Assembly (NCBI GenBank): GCA_963717865.1
Contig: CAVQXL010000005.1
Coordinates: 337,716-401,715 of the forward strand
Length of the DNA: 64,000 nt
Reading direction: 5' to 3'
DNA from: Candidatus Aminicenantes bacterium
GTDB taxonomy: Bacteria; Acidobacteriota; Aminicenantia; Aminicenantales; Saccharicenantaceae
Part shown: piece after piece, positions 27,439 to 38,588 of the stretch
Layout: every line of letters starts with the position of its first letter
How positions within the stretch are numbered: the stretch's first letter is position 1
Made by a program: the position numbers and the translations under genes
Notes under the pieces: model-generated
Seen by the model: only the letters and a program-made list of their open reading frames with translations
The model's database searches: none
What the model was told of the DNA's origin: nothing

Positions 27439-28188
27439 TCAAGGACGGCCGGCTCGCGGCCGGGAGGGCCCGAGCCGGCCCCCCGCCCGGATGACGCAGG
27501 CCCGCGCCCCGATGAGCATGGGCTCGACGAAGGGCACGTCGAGGTCTTCCGCCCGGAGGACCAGGGGGATCTCCGTGCATCCGGCCATGACGGCCTGGGC
27601 CCCGTTCCGGACGAGACGCCGGGCGACGCCCAGCACCGCGCGCCTCGAGCTTCCGGTCATGAAGCCCGCCTTGATGCCCTTGGGGCCGTAAATGGCCTCC
27701 ATGACCCTGGCCTGGTCCGCCTCGGCCGGGATCAGGACTTCGATCCCTCCGGGGGCGAACGCGTCACTGACGATGCCCGAGCGCACGGTCCCGGTCGTGG
27801 CGACGAGCCCGACCTTCCGGACCCCGGGGTGTTCCTTTCGGAGGAACTTCAGGGATTCGTCGAGGAGGCTGACGAAGGGGATTTTCACACGGGCGGCGAG
27901 CTCGGGCAGGAAATAGTGGGCCGTGACGCAGGGCATGACGGCGAAGTCGGCTCCGGCCGCCCGCAGGGCCCGCGCCCCCTCGATCAGGCAGGGCAAGGGG
28001 CTCGGGCCCCCCTCGAGGATAGCCCTGGTCCGATGGGGGACCCGCGGGTCGCTTCGGATGACGACGGGGACGTGATCCTGGTCTTCCTCCGCGTCCGTGA
28101 GCCGGATGACGAGCTCGAAGAAATAGGCCGTGGCCTCGGGCCCCATGCCCCCCAGGATGCCCAGGGTCTTTCGTTTCTCGCCGCTCAT
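27439..28188 (-). CDS. aspartate/glutamate racemase-family amino-acid racemase
   Basis: MSGEKRKTLGILGGMGPEATAYFFELVIRLTDAEEDQDHVPVVI..VMPCVTAHYF..AGCTEIPL is a typical Asp racemase. Overlaps the upstream gene by ATGA. Confidence 0.75.
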   Translation of the reverse strand: MSGEKRKTLGILGGMGPEATAYFFELVIRLTDAEEDQDHVPVVIRSDPRVPHRTRAILEGGPSPLPCLIEGARALRAAGADFAVMPCVTAHYFLPELAARVKIPFVSLLDESLKFLRKEHPGVRKVGLVATTGTVRSGIVSDAFAPGGIEVLIPAEADQARVMEAIYGPKGIKAGFMTGSSRRAVLGVARRLVRNGAQAVMAGCTEIPLVLRAEDLDVPFVEPMLIGARACVIRAGGRLGPSRPRAGRP

Positions 28189-29321
28189 CGCCGGTCGCCC
28201 TCGTTCCGCATGAGGTCTTTCAGCCGGTCGAGCGGCAGGGCCTCGGCCGCGCGGCCGTCCTTGCCCTCCATGCGGTCCGACTTGAACATCGAGTCGAGGA
28301 TGGCCTCCTCGGCGGCCTCGGCCGCGGCCAGGAACAGGGGAGACATCGCCTCGTCGCCGAGGACGGTCGTCGTCCGGAGGGGGACGAAGGCTGGTGGGCC
28401 GTCCTGATCCCCGGCGCCGTCGAGAAAGCGATGGCGTAATCGCCGCTGCCGTTGGAATAATACCCGCCCGTCCTGGCGATGCCGAGCAAGGGCGCGCCGG
28501 GCGAGCCTCTTCAGGTTCCGGGCGTCGAGGGGCGCGTCCGTGGCGACGACGATGATGCAGGAGCCTTCGGCCGTGCCTTCGAGCTCGCGTTTCGCGAGGC
28601 CCCGGCCGAGGAGAGGTCCGGCCGGAATGCGCCCGATCCTCAGGACGCCGCCGTGGTTGGTCTGGACGAGGACGCCGACCGTATAGCCTCCCTTCTCCGC
28701 GGGCAGGCGCCGGGAGGACGTCCCGATGCCGCCCTTGAAATCGAAGCAGGTCGTCCCTGTGCCGGCCCCGACCGACCCCTCGGCGACGGGGCCTCCGGCG
28801 GCCTTCCGGATGGCTTCGAGGACGTGCTCCTTGCGGACGTGCCGGCCGCGGATGTCGTTGAGCCAGCCGTCGTTGGTCTCGCCGACGACGGGGTTCACCG
28901 ATTGGACGTCCTCGTTCCCGGGGAGCCCGAGCGTGTAGTCGATGAGGGCTTCGGCCGCGGTCGGAACGCTCAGGGTGTTCGTCAGGACGATGGGCGTTTC
29001 GAGCGTCCCGAGCTCTTCCACCTGCGTGAAGCCCGCCAGCTTTCCGAACCCGTTGGCCACGGCGACGGCCGCGGGGACCTTGTCCTGAAACACGTTGCCC
29101 TCGTGCGGGACGATCGCGGTCACGCCGGTCCGGACGGCTTTGCCCTCGATGAGCGTGACGTGCCCGACCCTGACGCCGGCGACGTCGGTGATGGCATTGA
29201 GCGGGCCGGGAGGGAGCACTCCAAGGTCGACGCCGAATTCCCGGGCCCGCGGCCTGTCGGCCGACGAGCCGGCGCCAGGACCGCCGCCGCAATAGCCATC
29301 ATGATCAGCATCGAGACTCTC
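28185..29321 (-). CDS. DmpA/S58-family (P1) aminopeptidase, secreted, apparent frameshift after the signal peptide
   Basis: Signal MRVSMLIMMAIAAAVLAPA is in one frame. The body ..GVLPPGPLNAITDVAGVRVGHVTL..TNTLSVPT..GTGTTCFDFKGGIGTSSR.. is in ORF 28185..29357. Confidence 0.65.
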   Translation of the reverse strand, partial: ESLDADHDGYCGGGPGAGSSADRPRAREFGVDLGVLPPGPLNAITDVAGVRVGHVTLIEGKAVRTGVTAIVPHEGNVFQDKVPAAVAVANGFGKLAGFTQVEELGTLETPIVLTNTLSVPTAAEALIDYTLGLPGNEDVQSVNPVVGETNDGWLNDIRGRHVRKEHVLEAIRKAAGGPVAEGSVGAGTGTTCFDFKGGIGTSSRRLPAEKGGYTVGVLVQTNHGGVLRIGRIPAGPLLGRGLAKRELEGTAEGSCIIVVATDAPLDARNLKRLARRALARHRQDGRVLFQRQRRLRHRFLDGAGDQDGPPAFVPLRTTTVLGDEAMSPLFLAAAEAAEEAILDSMFKSDRMEGKDGRAAEALPLDRLKDLMRNEGDRR

Positions 29322-29394
29322 ATCTTCTTTTCCTTCAAGGCTTGTTGGCCCGCCCAATTATGTTCCAGGTCACTGGGAATTCTCAAGGCGCCTG

Positions 29395-29428
29395 AATCCC
29401 CCCCCCGCCCCCCTTTCCAAAGGGGGGG
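29395..29428. repeat. hairpin repeat AATCCCCCCCCC-G-CCCCCCTTT-CCA-AAGGGGGGG
   Basis: Same architecture as 59414..59449 and 60367..60400. Lies between the divergent S58 peptidase and pgeF genes. Confidence 0.75.
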
Positions 29429-29766
29429 TACTCAAAGCATCGGCTCCGTTGACAGGACTCGAGCTCTAGCCCGAGTTGATAGTCTCAGGCTTAGCCTGAG
29501 CTAGGGGGTCTCTTCGAGCGCGGCGAAGCCTGCGGCCACATCGACCTGCCCGCGGCACGTTTCTGGTCTCGCCCCGGCCCGCTTCGGAAGCGCAAGGGCG
29601 ACTGGTTGTTCCCCGTGTCTCCGGCAGAGGTGGCGAGGGATTGTCGGGGCCCGGCAACCGGCCCGACGTCATTGAGTATAACGAGACGACCATGGCAGAT
29701 CCTCCGAACAAGCCGATCTCGTTGACCTCGGCCCCGGCCTTGGGTATCGAGAACGGCCGGGCGAGC

Positions 29767-30484
29767 ATGCGGCGAGGCTCGGTCTCAAGACCTGACCGCA
29801 CCTATCTGACCGAGCCCCGCCTCGGGCGCATTCCGTGGCTCATCCACGGCTTCGGGACGGCCGCCTGGACCGAGGCCGACTTCGCGAAGGTGCGGGAGTG
29901 GAACGGGTTCCGGCCCGTCATCCTCGACCAGGTCCATTCGGACATCATCCACTGCGTCGACGCCCCGCCGGACGGCCGGCTCGAAGGCGACGCCCTCATC
30001 ACTTCGGCCCCCGGGCTGTTCCTCGTCGTCAAGACGGCCGATTGCCTTCCCGTCCTCGTCGCGGACGAGACCCGGCGCGTTGTCGCGGCGGTCCACTGCG
30101 GCTGGCGCGGGACGTGGAAGCGGATCCTGGAGCAGGTCGTCGGCGAGCTTCGGGCCCGCTACGGATGCGATCCCGGGGCGCTCCTCGCCGCGCTCGGCCC
30201 TTGCATCGGCCCCGAGTGCTACGAGGTCGGCCTGGAGGTCCGGGAGCGATTCGAAGCCGCGCGGATTCCCGGACAGCCTTTTCCGGCCAAACCCGGCCGC
30301 CGCCGGAAAATATTTCCTGGACATCCGGGCCGCGAACTCCCTCGGGCTCCGGCGGGCCGGCCTCCGTCCGGAGAACATCCTGTCTCTCGACGCCTGCACG
30401 CGATGCCGTCCCGAGCTCCTGTCCTACCGCCGGGACGGGACTTCCGAAGGGCGGATGTACGCGTTCATCGGGATGAAAGCCTGA
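29767..30484 (+). CDS. YfiH/PgeF (DUF152, purine nucleoside phosphorylase/laccase-domain) protein, apparent frameshift near 30290
   Basis: Contains ..DQVHSDIIHCV..TADCLPVLVAD..AAVHCGWRG.. The C-terminus YFLDIRAANSLGLRRAGLRPENILSLDACTRC..EGRMYAFIGMKA* is in a second frame. Confidence 0.7.
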
Positions 30485-30534
30485 CCTTTTCGGCATTTGC
30501 TTTTTAACGGCGGTTTTCTTTATCCTTTATCATC

Positions 30535-31431
30535 ATGGAAAAAACCATCGGCGATATCGAGCTCCGCGGTTTCGCGCTTTTCAAGAAGGGCAAGGTCCGC
30601 AACGTCTTCGACCTCGGCGACAAGCTGCTCATCGTGGCCACGGACCGCATCTCCGCGTTCGACTTCATCCTGCCCTCGCTCATCCCCTACAAGGGAAAGG
30701 TCCTCACGCAGATCTCGAAGTTCTGGTTCGATTTCACCTCCCTGGTCTGTCCGAACCACCTCATCAGCGCCGAGACGGCCGACTTTCCGGCCGCCCTCAA
30801 GCCCTACGCCGAGACGCTCGACAAGCGGTCGATGCTCGTCAAGAAGACCGAGGTCGTCCCCATCGAGTGCGTCGTCCGCGGCTACCTGGCCGGGTCGGGA
30901 TGGAAGGAATACAAGTCCTCGGGGAAGATCTGCGGTATCAAGATCGCCGCAGGCCTCCGGGAATCGGACCGGCTGGAAGAGCCCATCTTCACGCCCTCGA
31001 CCAAGGCCGAGGAAGGGCACGACCTCAACATCTCCTTCAAGGAGATGCAGAAGCTCGTGGGCGGCGACCTCGCCCGGAAGATCAAGAAAGTGTCCCTCGA
31101 GCTCTACAAGCGGGCGTCCCTGCACGCCCTGTCCAAGGGGATCATCATCGCCGACACGAAGTTCGAGTTCGGCCTCATCGGCGGGGAGCTCGTCCTCGTC
31201 GACGAGATCTTCACCCCCGATTCCTCCCGCTTCTGGCCGCTCCAGACCTACGCCCCCGGCAAGTCCCAGCCGAGCCTGGACAAACAGTTCGTCCGCGACT
31301 ACCTGGAAACGACCGGCTGGGACAAGCAGACTCCGCCGCCGCCGGTCCTGCCCGACGAGATCGTCCGGAAGACGTCCGAGAAATACCTGGAGCTCTACCG
31401 GCTCCTGACGGAGAAGAACGACCTCTCATGA
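30535..31431 (+). CDS. purC: phosphoribosylaminoimidazole-succinocarboxamide synthase
   Basis: 298 aa, intact. ..RNVFDLGDKLLIVATDRISAFD..GSGWKEY.. matches long-form PurC. Confidence 0.9.
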   Translation: MEKTIGDIELRGFALFKKGKVRNVFDLGDKLLIVATDRISAFDFILPSLIPYKGKVLTQISKFWFDFTSLVCPNHLISAETADFPAALKPYAETLDKRSMLVKKTEVVPIECVVRGYLAGSGWKEYKSSGKICGIKIAAGLRESDRLEEPIFTPSTKAEEGHDLNISFKEMQKLVGGDLARKIKKVSLELYKRASLHALSKGIIIADTKFEFGLIGGELVLVDEIFTPDSSRFWPLQTYAPGKSQPSLDKQFVRDYLETTGWDKQTPPPPVLPDEIVRKTSEKYLELYRLLTEKNDLS

Positions 31432-32312
31432 CCGGCCTCGTCGATTTCCACGTCCACTCCAACCGGAGCTGTGACGGCGACTTTTCCCCGGCCGAGCTCG
31501 TCGGCTTTGCCGCGGCCCGGGGATTCAGGGCCATCTCCATCGCCGACCATGACACGGTCGCGGCCTATCCCGCGGTCCTCGAGGACGGGAAGAAGGCCGG
31601 CGTGGAAGTCATCCCCGGGATCGAGGTCACGACGCTCTACGACGGCCGCGAGTTCCATCTTCTCCTGCCGTTCGTCGATTGGGGGTCGGCCGCCGTGGCC
31701 GCGATCGTCGGGCGGATGACCGAATCGCGGATGGCCGAGGCCCGGGAACGGGTCGAGCGGCTCCGGGCCAGCGGCCTCGAGATCAGCTGGGACGAGGTCT
31801 GGGAGGGGGCGCAGTCCTGCCCGCCCCTCGGCGTCAAGATCGCCCAGATCCTCCTCGACAAGCCGGGGAGCGAAAAGATGCCCGGGCTGGGGAAGTACTT
31901 CGAAGCGGAAAAGCGTGCCTTCGGGCCGTACATGTTCTACCGGGACTATTTCATGGAGGGCAAACCCGCCTTTGTGCCCAAGCGGCACATCCCGCTCGAG
32001 GAGGCCCTGGCGGCCGCCCCGGCGACGGGCGGCGTCCCCGTCCTATCTCATCCCGGCGCCGATTTCCAGCGGACGAGCCGCGAAGACCTCGAGGACCTCA
32101 AGTTGCGCGGGCTCGCCGGCATCGAGGTCTATACGTTCTACCACACGGCGGAGCAGACCGCGTTCTACCGGTCGCTGGCCGACGACCTCGGACTCGTTCC
32201 CACGGCCGGCTCGGATTTCCACGGCAAGATCAAGCCGCACGTGAGCTTCGGCGCTATCACCGACGGGCGCTATTGGATGGTGGAAGAATTACGCCGGAGG
32301 AGGCCGCAATGA
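31428..32312 (+). CDS. PHP-domain metal-dependent phosphoesterase
   Basis: N-terminus MTGLVDFHVHSNRSCDGDF, then ..ISIADHD.. and ..SDFHG.. His/Asp ligands. Start overlaps the purC stop (TCATGA). Confidence 0.65.
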   Translation: MTGLVDFHVHSNRSCDGDFSPAELVGFAAARGFRAISIADHDTVAAYPAVLEDGKKAGVEVIPGIEVTTLYDGREFHLLLPFVDWGSAAVAAIVGRMTESRMAEARERVERLRASGLEISWDEVWEGAQSCPPLGVKIAQILLDKPGSEKMPGLGKYFEAEKRAFGPYMFYRDYFMEGKPAFVPKRHIPLEEALAAAPATGGVPVLSHPGADFQRTSREDLEDLKLRGLAGIEVYTFYHTAEQTAFYRSLADDLGLVPTAGSDFHGKIKPHVSFGAITDGRYWMVEELRRRRPQ

Positions 32313-32845
32313 GCCTGAGCACCCTCGACATCATCCTCTTGATCGTTCTCCTCGTCACGCTGGTCTTCGGACTGATCAAGGGCCTGGTCCGGCAGGCCAT
32401 CGGACTCGTGGCGGTCGTCGCCGGTCTCGTCCTGGCCGCCCGGTATTATCCGCGAGCCGGGGCCTTCGTGCATAAGGTCGTCTCCAACCCCATCGTTGCC
32501 GATTTCGTAGGCTTTCTGGCCGTGTTCGCCGTGGTGATCGCCGCGGGCTGGCTGATCGGACTGCTCGTCTCGAAGCTCATGAAGGGCCCGCTGAACTTCC
32601 TCGACCATGTCCTCGGCGGGGTGTTCGGGCTCATCAAGGGAGTCCTCATCTGCGGGGTCATCGTGTTCGCCCTCCTCGTGTTCGAGGTGCGGCGGGATGC
32701 GCTGGCGGGGTCGAAACTGGCGCCCTTGTGTTTCCACGCGACCAGGACGGTCGTCCGTCTTATTCCCGGGGAACTCAAGGCGAAATTCAAGTCGGCTTAC
32801 GAGGGGGCGCGGAAGGGGGGGGCGTCTCATGGACAGGAAATTTAG
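32309..32845 (+). CDS. cvpA: CvpA-family membrane protein
   Basis: MSLSTLDIILLIVLLVTLVFGLIKGLVRQAIGLVAVVAGLVLAA.., four TM helices, 178 aa. Confidence 0.7.
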   Translation: MSLSTLDIILLIVLLVTLVFGLIKGLVRQAIGLVAVVAGLVLAARYYPRAGAFVHKVVSNPIVADFVGFLAVFAVVIAAGWLIGLLVSKLMKGPLNFLDHVLGGVFGLIKGVLICGVIVFALLVFEVRRDALAGSKLAPLCFHATRTVVRLIPGELKAKFKSAYEGARKGGASHGQEI

Positions 32846-33065
32846 CGACCTCAACATCCACCAGAAGCTCGAGGTGACCATCCAGGAGATGGTCGAGAAG
32901 GAGCTGGACCTCAAAGCCGCCCTCAAGGAATTCGAAAAGATCTTCTTCGAGACCGCGGCCAAGAAGTACAACGGCAACCAGACGAAGATGGCCAAGGCCC
33001 TGGGCATCCACCGCAATACGCTCCACAACAGGAGCCAATCCCTCAAGATACGAAGAAAATCTTAG
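32829..33065 (+). CDS. Fis-family helix-turn-helix DNA-binding protein
   Basis: 78 aa. The C-terminal TKMAKALGIHRNTLHNR is a Fis-type HTH. Overlaps the cvpA end. Confidence 0.6.
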   Translation: MDRKFSDLNIHQKLEVTIQEMVEKELDLKAALKEFEKIFFETAAKKYNGNQTKMAKALGIHRNTLHNRSQSLKIRRKS

Positions 33066-33100
33066 CAGTCTCTTATCAAGACTGCTAGATTTTGCCGTTT
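33063..33100 (+). terminator. rho-independent terminator (AGCAGTCT-loop-AGACTGCT then T-rich tail)
   Basis: Perfect 8-bp inverted repeat followed by GATTTTGCCGTTTT. Confidence 0.55.
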
Positions 33101-33105
33101 TCCTC

Positions 33106-33134
33106 TTGACAAGGCCCTCGAAATCCCTTACATT
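33106..33134 (+). promoter_or_regulatory. sigma70-type promoter TTGACA-N17-TACATT for groESL
   Basis: Hexamers read directly, 47 nt upstream of the groES ATG. Confidence 0.6.
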
Positions 33135-33159
33135 AGCACTACGGACATAGTCCTGCTAA
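33133..33159 (+). promoter_or_regulatory. degenerate CIRCE-like inverted repeat (HrcA operator candidate) TTAGCACT-N10-TCCTGCTAA
   Basis: Compare CIRCE consensus TTAGCACTC-N9-GAGTGCTAA. The left arm is perfect and the right arm is diverged. Confidence 0.45.
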
Positions 33160-33181
33160 ATATTTCAAAACGGAGGTTTAT

Positions 33182-35103
<1,922 letters not shown>

Positions 35104-35133
35104 GGCGGTCGGTAACGGTATCGAATTTCCGCA

Positions 35134-35168
35134 GGCCCCGGGCATCCGTGCCCGGGGCCTTTTTTTTC
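35134..35168 (+). terminator. rho-independent terminator after groEL (GGCCCCGGGCA-TCCG-TGCCCGGGGCC then T8)
   Basis: Strong GC hairpin followed by TTTTTTTT. Confidence 0.8.
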
Positions 35169-35208
35169 GGTCCCGCGAAAACCTCCGGCCCCGGTTTTAT
35201 GGTATAAA

Positions 35209-36430
35209 TTGGGCTGCATGTTCAAGTTCTTCGACCGCTATATCCTGAGGGAAGTCGCCCCGCCCTTCGGCATCGGCCTTCTCCTCTGCACGTTCGTCCT
35301 CCTGATGAACCAGATCCTCGTCCTGTCCGAGCTCTTCATCGCCAAGGGCGTCTCCTTCGGGCTGGCGGCCGAGGTCCTCATCTACCTCATTCCGTCGCTC
35401 CTGGCGTTCGCCGTCCCGATGGCCGTCCTGATGGGCTTCCTGGCCGGCCTCAGCCGGCTTTCGACCGACTCCGAGATCACGGCGTTCCGGACGCTCGGGA
35501 TCAGCTCCCGGCGGCTGGCCTGGCCCCTCTTCGTCTTCGCCTTCGCCGGCTGGCTCGTGACGTCCTACCTGACCCTTTTCCTCGCTCCGCGGGCCAACTA
35601 TAAATGGGTCCAGACCATCACCGGCTCGGTCCTGGCCAAGGTCCAGGTTCGGATCGTCCCCCGGGAGTTCAACGAGACCGTTCCCAAGATGGTCCTCTAC
35701 ATCCAGGAGATCGACCGGGACAAGACGTGGCGGAACGTCTTCGTCTACCTGACCAAGGACCCCGCCGAGCCGCGGCTGATCCTGGCCCGGGAGGGAAGGC
35801 TCGACCTCTTCCCCGAGGCCAAGAAGGCGACCCTCGTCCTCACGGACGGCACGGTCCATTCCTATCCGCTGGCCCAGCCGGAGAAATACAGCATCACGTC
35901 GTTCAAGCGGCTCGAGGAGGGGATCGACGTCGAGAGCCTCTTCGCGTCGATGGCCGGCCGGAAGCGGGTCCGGGAGAAGGATATCCTGGAGCTCCGGGAG
36001 GGCGTGCGGGAGCTTCGGGCGGACCTCGCCCTCCGTGAGTCCGAGGGAAAAGCGGTCGCGAAGCCCGGCGCGGAGAAGGCGGAGACCGCGGCCCCGGACC
36101 GGGCCCTCCGGGACAAGACCCGGGACCTCCGCGCCCACTGGGTCGAGATCCACAAGAAGTTCGCCCTTCCCTTCGTCTGTTTCATCTTCGTCCTCCTGGG
36201 CCTGCCCCTGGGCATGACGACGAAGAAGGGCGGGCGGACGAGCGGCTTCACCATCAGCATCGCCGTCATCCTGCTCTATTACATCCTGATCACCGCCGGG
36301 GAGAAGCTGGCCATGGACGGCCGGGTCCCGCCCTTCCTGGGGATGTGGGGCCCGAACATCCTCCTCTTCGCGACCGGCCTCTATCTGTTCCTGAAGTCGC
36401 TGCAGGGAGACCGCCCTCTTTTCCGGGCTG
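35209..36430 (+). CDS. lptF: LPS export permease LptF-like (YjgP/YjgQ family); 3' boundary uncertain
   Basis: MFKFFDRYILREVAPPFGIGLLLCTFVLLMNQ.. with six TM segments. The frame reads through into the next gene in this high-GC region, so the true stop is unclear. Confidence 0.55.
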
Positions 36431-36469
36431 GCGGGCTTCCTTCGAAAGCGCGGGGCGCTCGCCGGCCCG

Positions 36470-37607
36470 GCCCGCCGGCCGCGCCGGGGCGGGCCCCGAT
36501 TCCCGCGCATCCCGGTCCGCTTCCCCAACATCCTCGACCGGTACATCATCCGGAAGTACCTGGCCATCTTCGCCCTGATCTTCGCCGGCCTCGTCTCGGT
36601 CTCGGTCATCGTGACCTTCTTCGAGAGGATCGACAACGTCTACGCCCACGACAAGCCCCTGTCGCTGTTCTTCCAGTACATCTGGGCCCGCGTTCCCGAG
36701 TTCGCGTTCTTCATCCTCCCGGTCACGGCCCTGACGACGACCCTGCTCGCCCTGGGCATCCTGACGAAGTTCAACGAGGTCACCGCCATGAAGGCCTGCG
36801 GCATCAGCCTGTACCGCCTGATCTTCCCCGTCCTCTTCATGGCCCTCGTCGGCGAGCCTGTTCGCCTTCTACCTCCAGGAACGCATCCTCCCCCGCGCCA
36901 ACAACAAGGCGGAGGAGATCTGGAACCGCATCAACGACGCCCCGTCGCGGAGCTACAGCTACCTCAACCGGCACTGGGTCCTGGGCCGGGACAAGAACCG
37001 CATCTATCATTATGATTTCTTCGATCCCGGGCGGTCCGTTTTCAGCCGGCTCTCGGTCTTCGACATCGACCTCGCGTCCTGGACGCTGGCCGGGCGGACG
37101 TATGCCGAGAAGGCCGTCCTCGCCGGAGAGACCCTCCGGATGCAGGACGGCTGGGCCCGGCGCTTTTCCGGCGACCTGGCCGGAGGCTACCAGACGACCG
37201 CCGAGACGGAGATGCCGGGGATCGAGAGGAAGGATTATTTCCTCAAGGAGTGGAAGGAACCCTCCCAGATGACCTATGCCGAGCTCCGGGCCTATACGGC
37301 CGAGGTCGCGGAGATGGGGTTCGACACGACGCGCTTCCGGGTGGACCTCCACGGCAAGATCGCCTTTCCCTTCGTCTGCCTCGTCATGACCCTGCTCGGC
37401 GTCCCGTTCGCCTTCTCCATGGGCCGGAAGGGCACCCTGGTCGGCATCGGCCTGAGCGTCGTCATCGCCATGGTCTACTGGGGGGCGATCGGCGTGTTCC
37501 GCAGTCTCGGCTACGTCGCCTACCTGGCGCCGTTCCTGGCCGCCTGGACGCCGAACCTGGTTTTCGGGCTGGCGGGCATCTACCTTCTTTTCCGCTTAAG
37601 GACCTGA
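36470..37607 (+). CDS. lptG: LPS export permease LptG-like (YjgP/YjgQ family), at least 2 apparent frameshifts; 5' boundary uncertain
   Basis: Pieces ..FPNILDRYIIRKYLAIFALIF.. (ORF 36611..37015), ..YLQERILPRANNKAEEIWNRIND.. and ..KIAFPFVCLVMTLLGVPFAF..GLAGIYLLFRLRT* lie in different frames. Confidence 0.5.
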
Positions 37608-38020
37608 GGCCGTTCGGTACGTCCCTAGGCAAGTTTCAATCGGAGCTTCTTCCGCTGCGTACGGACGCCGAGGATATCCGGACCCGGATACAAGATGATT
37701 GCGGGCTGGCGTCCAGTTCAGGGCGTTCTCGAGCGCGTGGAGGTTAGAAGATGGCGCAGGGGCGACGCAAGGAGACTCGGGCTCGTGATGTCTGAGCGAT
37801 GCCTGAAGCTGGCGAGAAGGACCACGATGTAGACATAATCAGATGGAAGGGGGCCAGCTGTTATCGCGAGTTAGAGGCCGCTGAAGAGTCGGCGAGGGAA
37901 CGGCGTTAAAAGTCCCGGATCGGGAGTCGAGGGCCGGCCGTCCGAGCCCGAAAACAGCCCACGACGGAGTCTCGGGTTTCCAAGGGATGTTCCCGAAGCC
38001 CTGAGACAGGCGATCCGGCC

Positions 38021-38506
38021 TTACATCTTGTACTTGCCGAAGTCCTCGGGACCGAGTCCTTCGAGCCACTTCCGGAGCTTCTCCGAGCCCTCGACGTTGT
38101 CGTCGAACTTGAGGCCGTGGGCCTTGCGGACGACCTCGTCCTCGACGAAGATGGGCGAGCTCATCCGGAGGGCGAGGGCGATGGCGTCGGACGGCCGGGA
38201 ATCGATGACGATCCGGTGGTCGTCGTGGCGGCAGTGGATGAGGGCGTAGAAGGTGTTGTTCCGGACGTCGTTGACGACGATCTTCTCGATGGCGATGTCG
38301 AGCTTCTCCAGGAAGTTCCGGAGCAGGTCGTGGGTCATCGGGCGGGGCGTGGGGACGTTCTCGATGGTCAGGGCGATCGCGTTGGCCTCGAAGACGCCGA
38401 TCCAGATCGGCAGGATCTTCTCGGAATGCGTGTCTTCCAGGACGACGATGGGCATCTTGGAGATGGGGTCGACCACCAACCCCTTGATCTTCATCTCGAT
38501 TTCCAT
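38021..38506 (-). CDS. bifunctional nuclease (BFN, DUF151) family protein
   Basis: 161 aa, intact. ..LPIWIGVFEANAIAL..SRPSDAIALALRM.. is typical of the BFN domain. Confidence 0.65.
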   Translation of the reverse strand: MEIEMKIKGLVVDPISKMPIVVLEDTHSEKILPIWIGVFEANAIALTIENVPTPRPMTHDLLRNFLEKLDIAIEKIVVNDVRNNTFYALIHCRHDDHRIVIDSRPSDAIALALRMSSPIFVEDEVVRKAHGLKFDDNVEGSEKLRKWLEGLGPEDFGKYKM

Positions 38507-38588
38507 GTCGCCGTCCTCTGCCGGATGATATGTCTAATATAGGGGGGGCGGGCGGCCTTGTCAACACGGCCCCGGGGAACCGCGCCCT

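Noticed and set aside
27439-29292. 617-aa ORF spanning the racemase and peptidase genes
   Set aside because: Arg/Pro/Gly-rich translation typical of an out-of-frame or read-through reading of high-GC DNA. Two well-conserved genes occupy the same span in other frames.
37608-38020. RNase P RNA in the long intergenic gap (AAAGTCCCGG resembles the P4 GAAAGTCCGGGC)
   Set aside because: The match is a single mismatched decamer. The other universally conserved RNase P blocks (AGGGTGAAA, GGTAAGAGCGCACC, ACAGAACCCGGCTTA) are absent on both strands.
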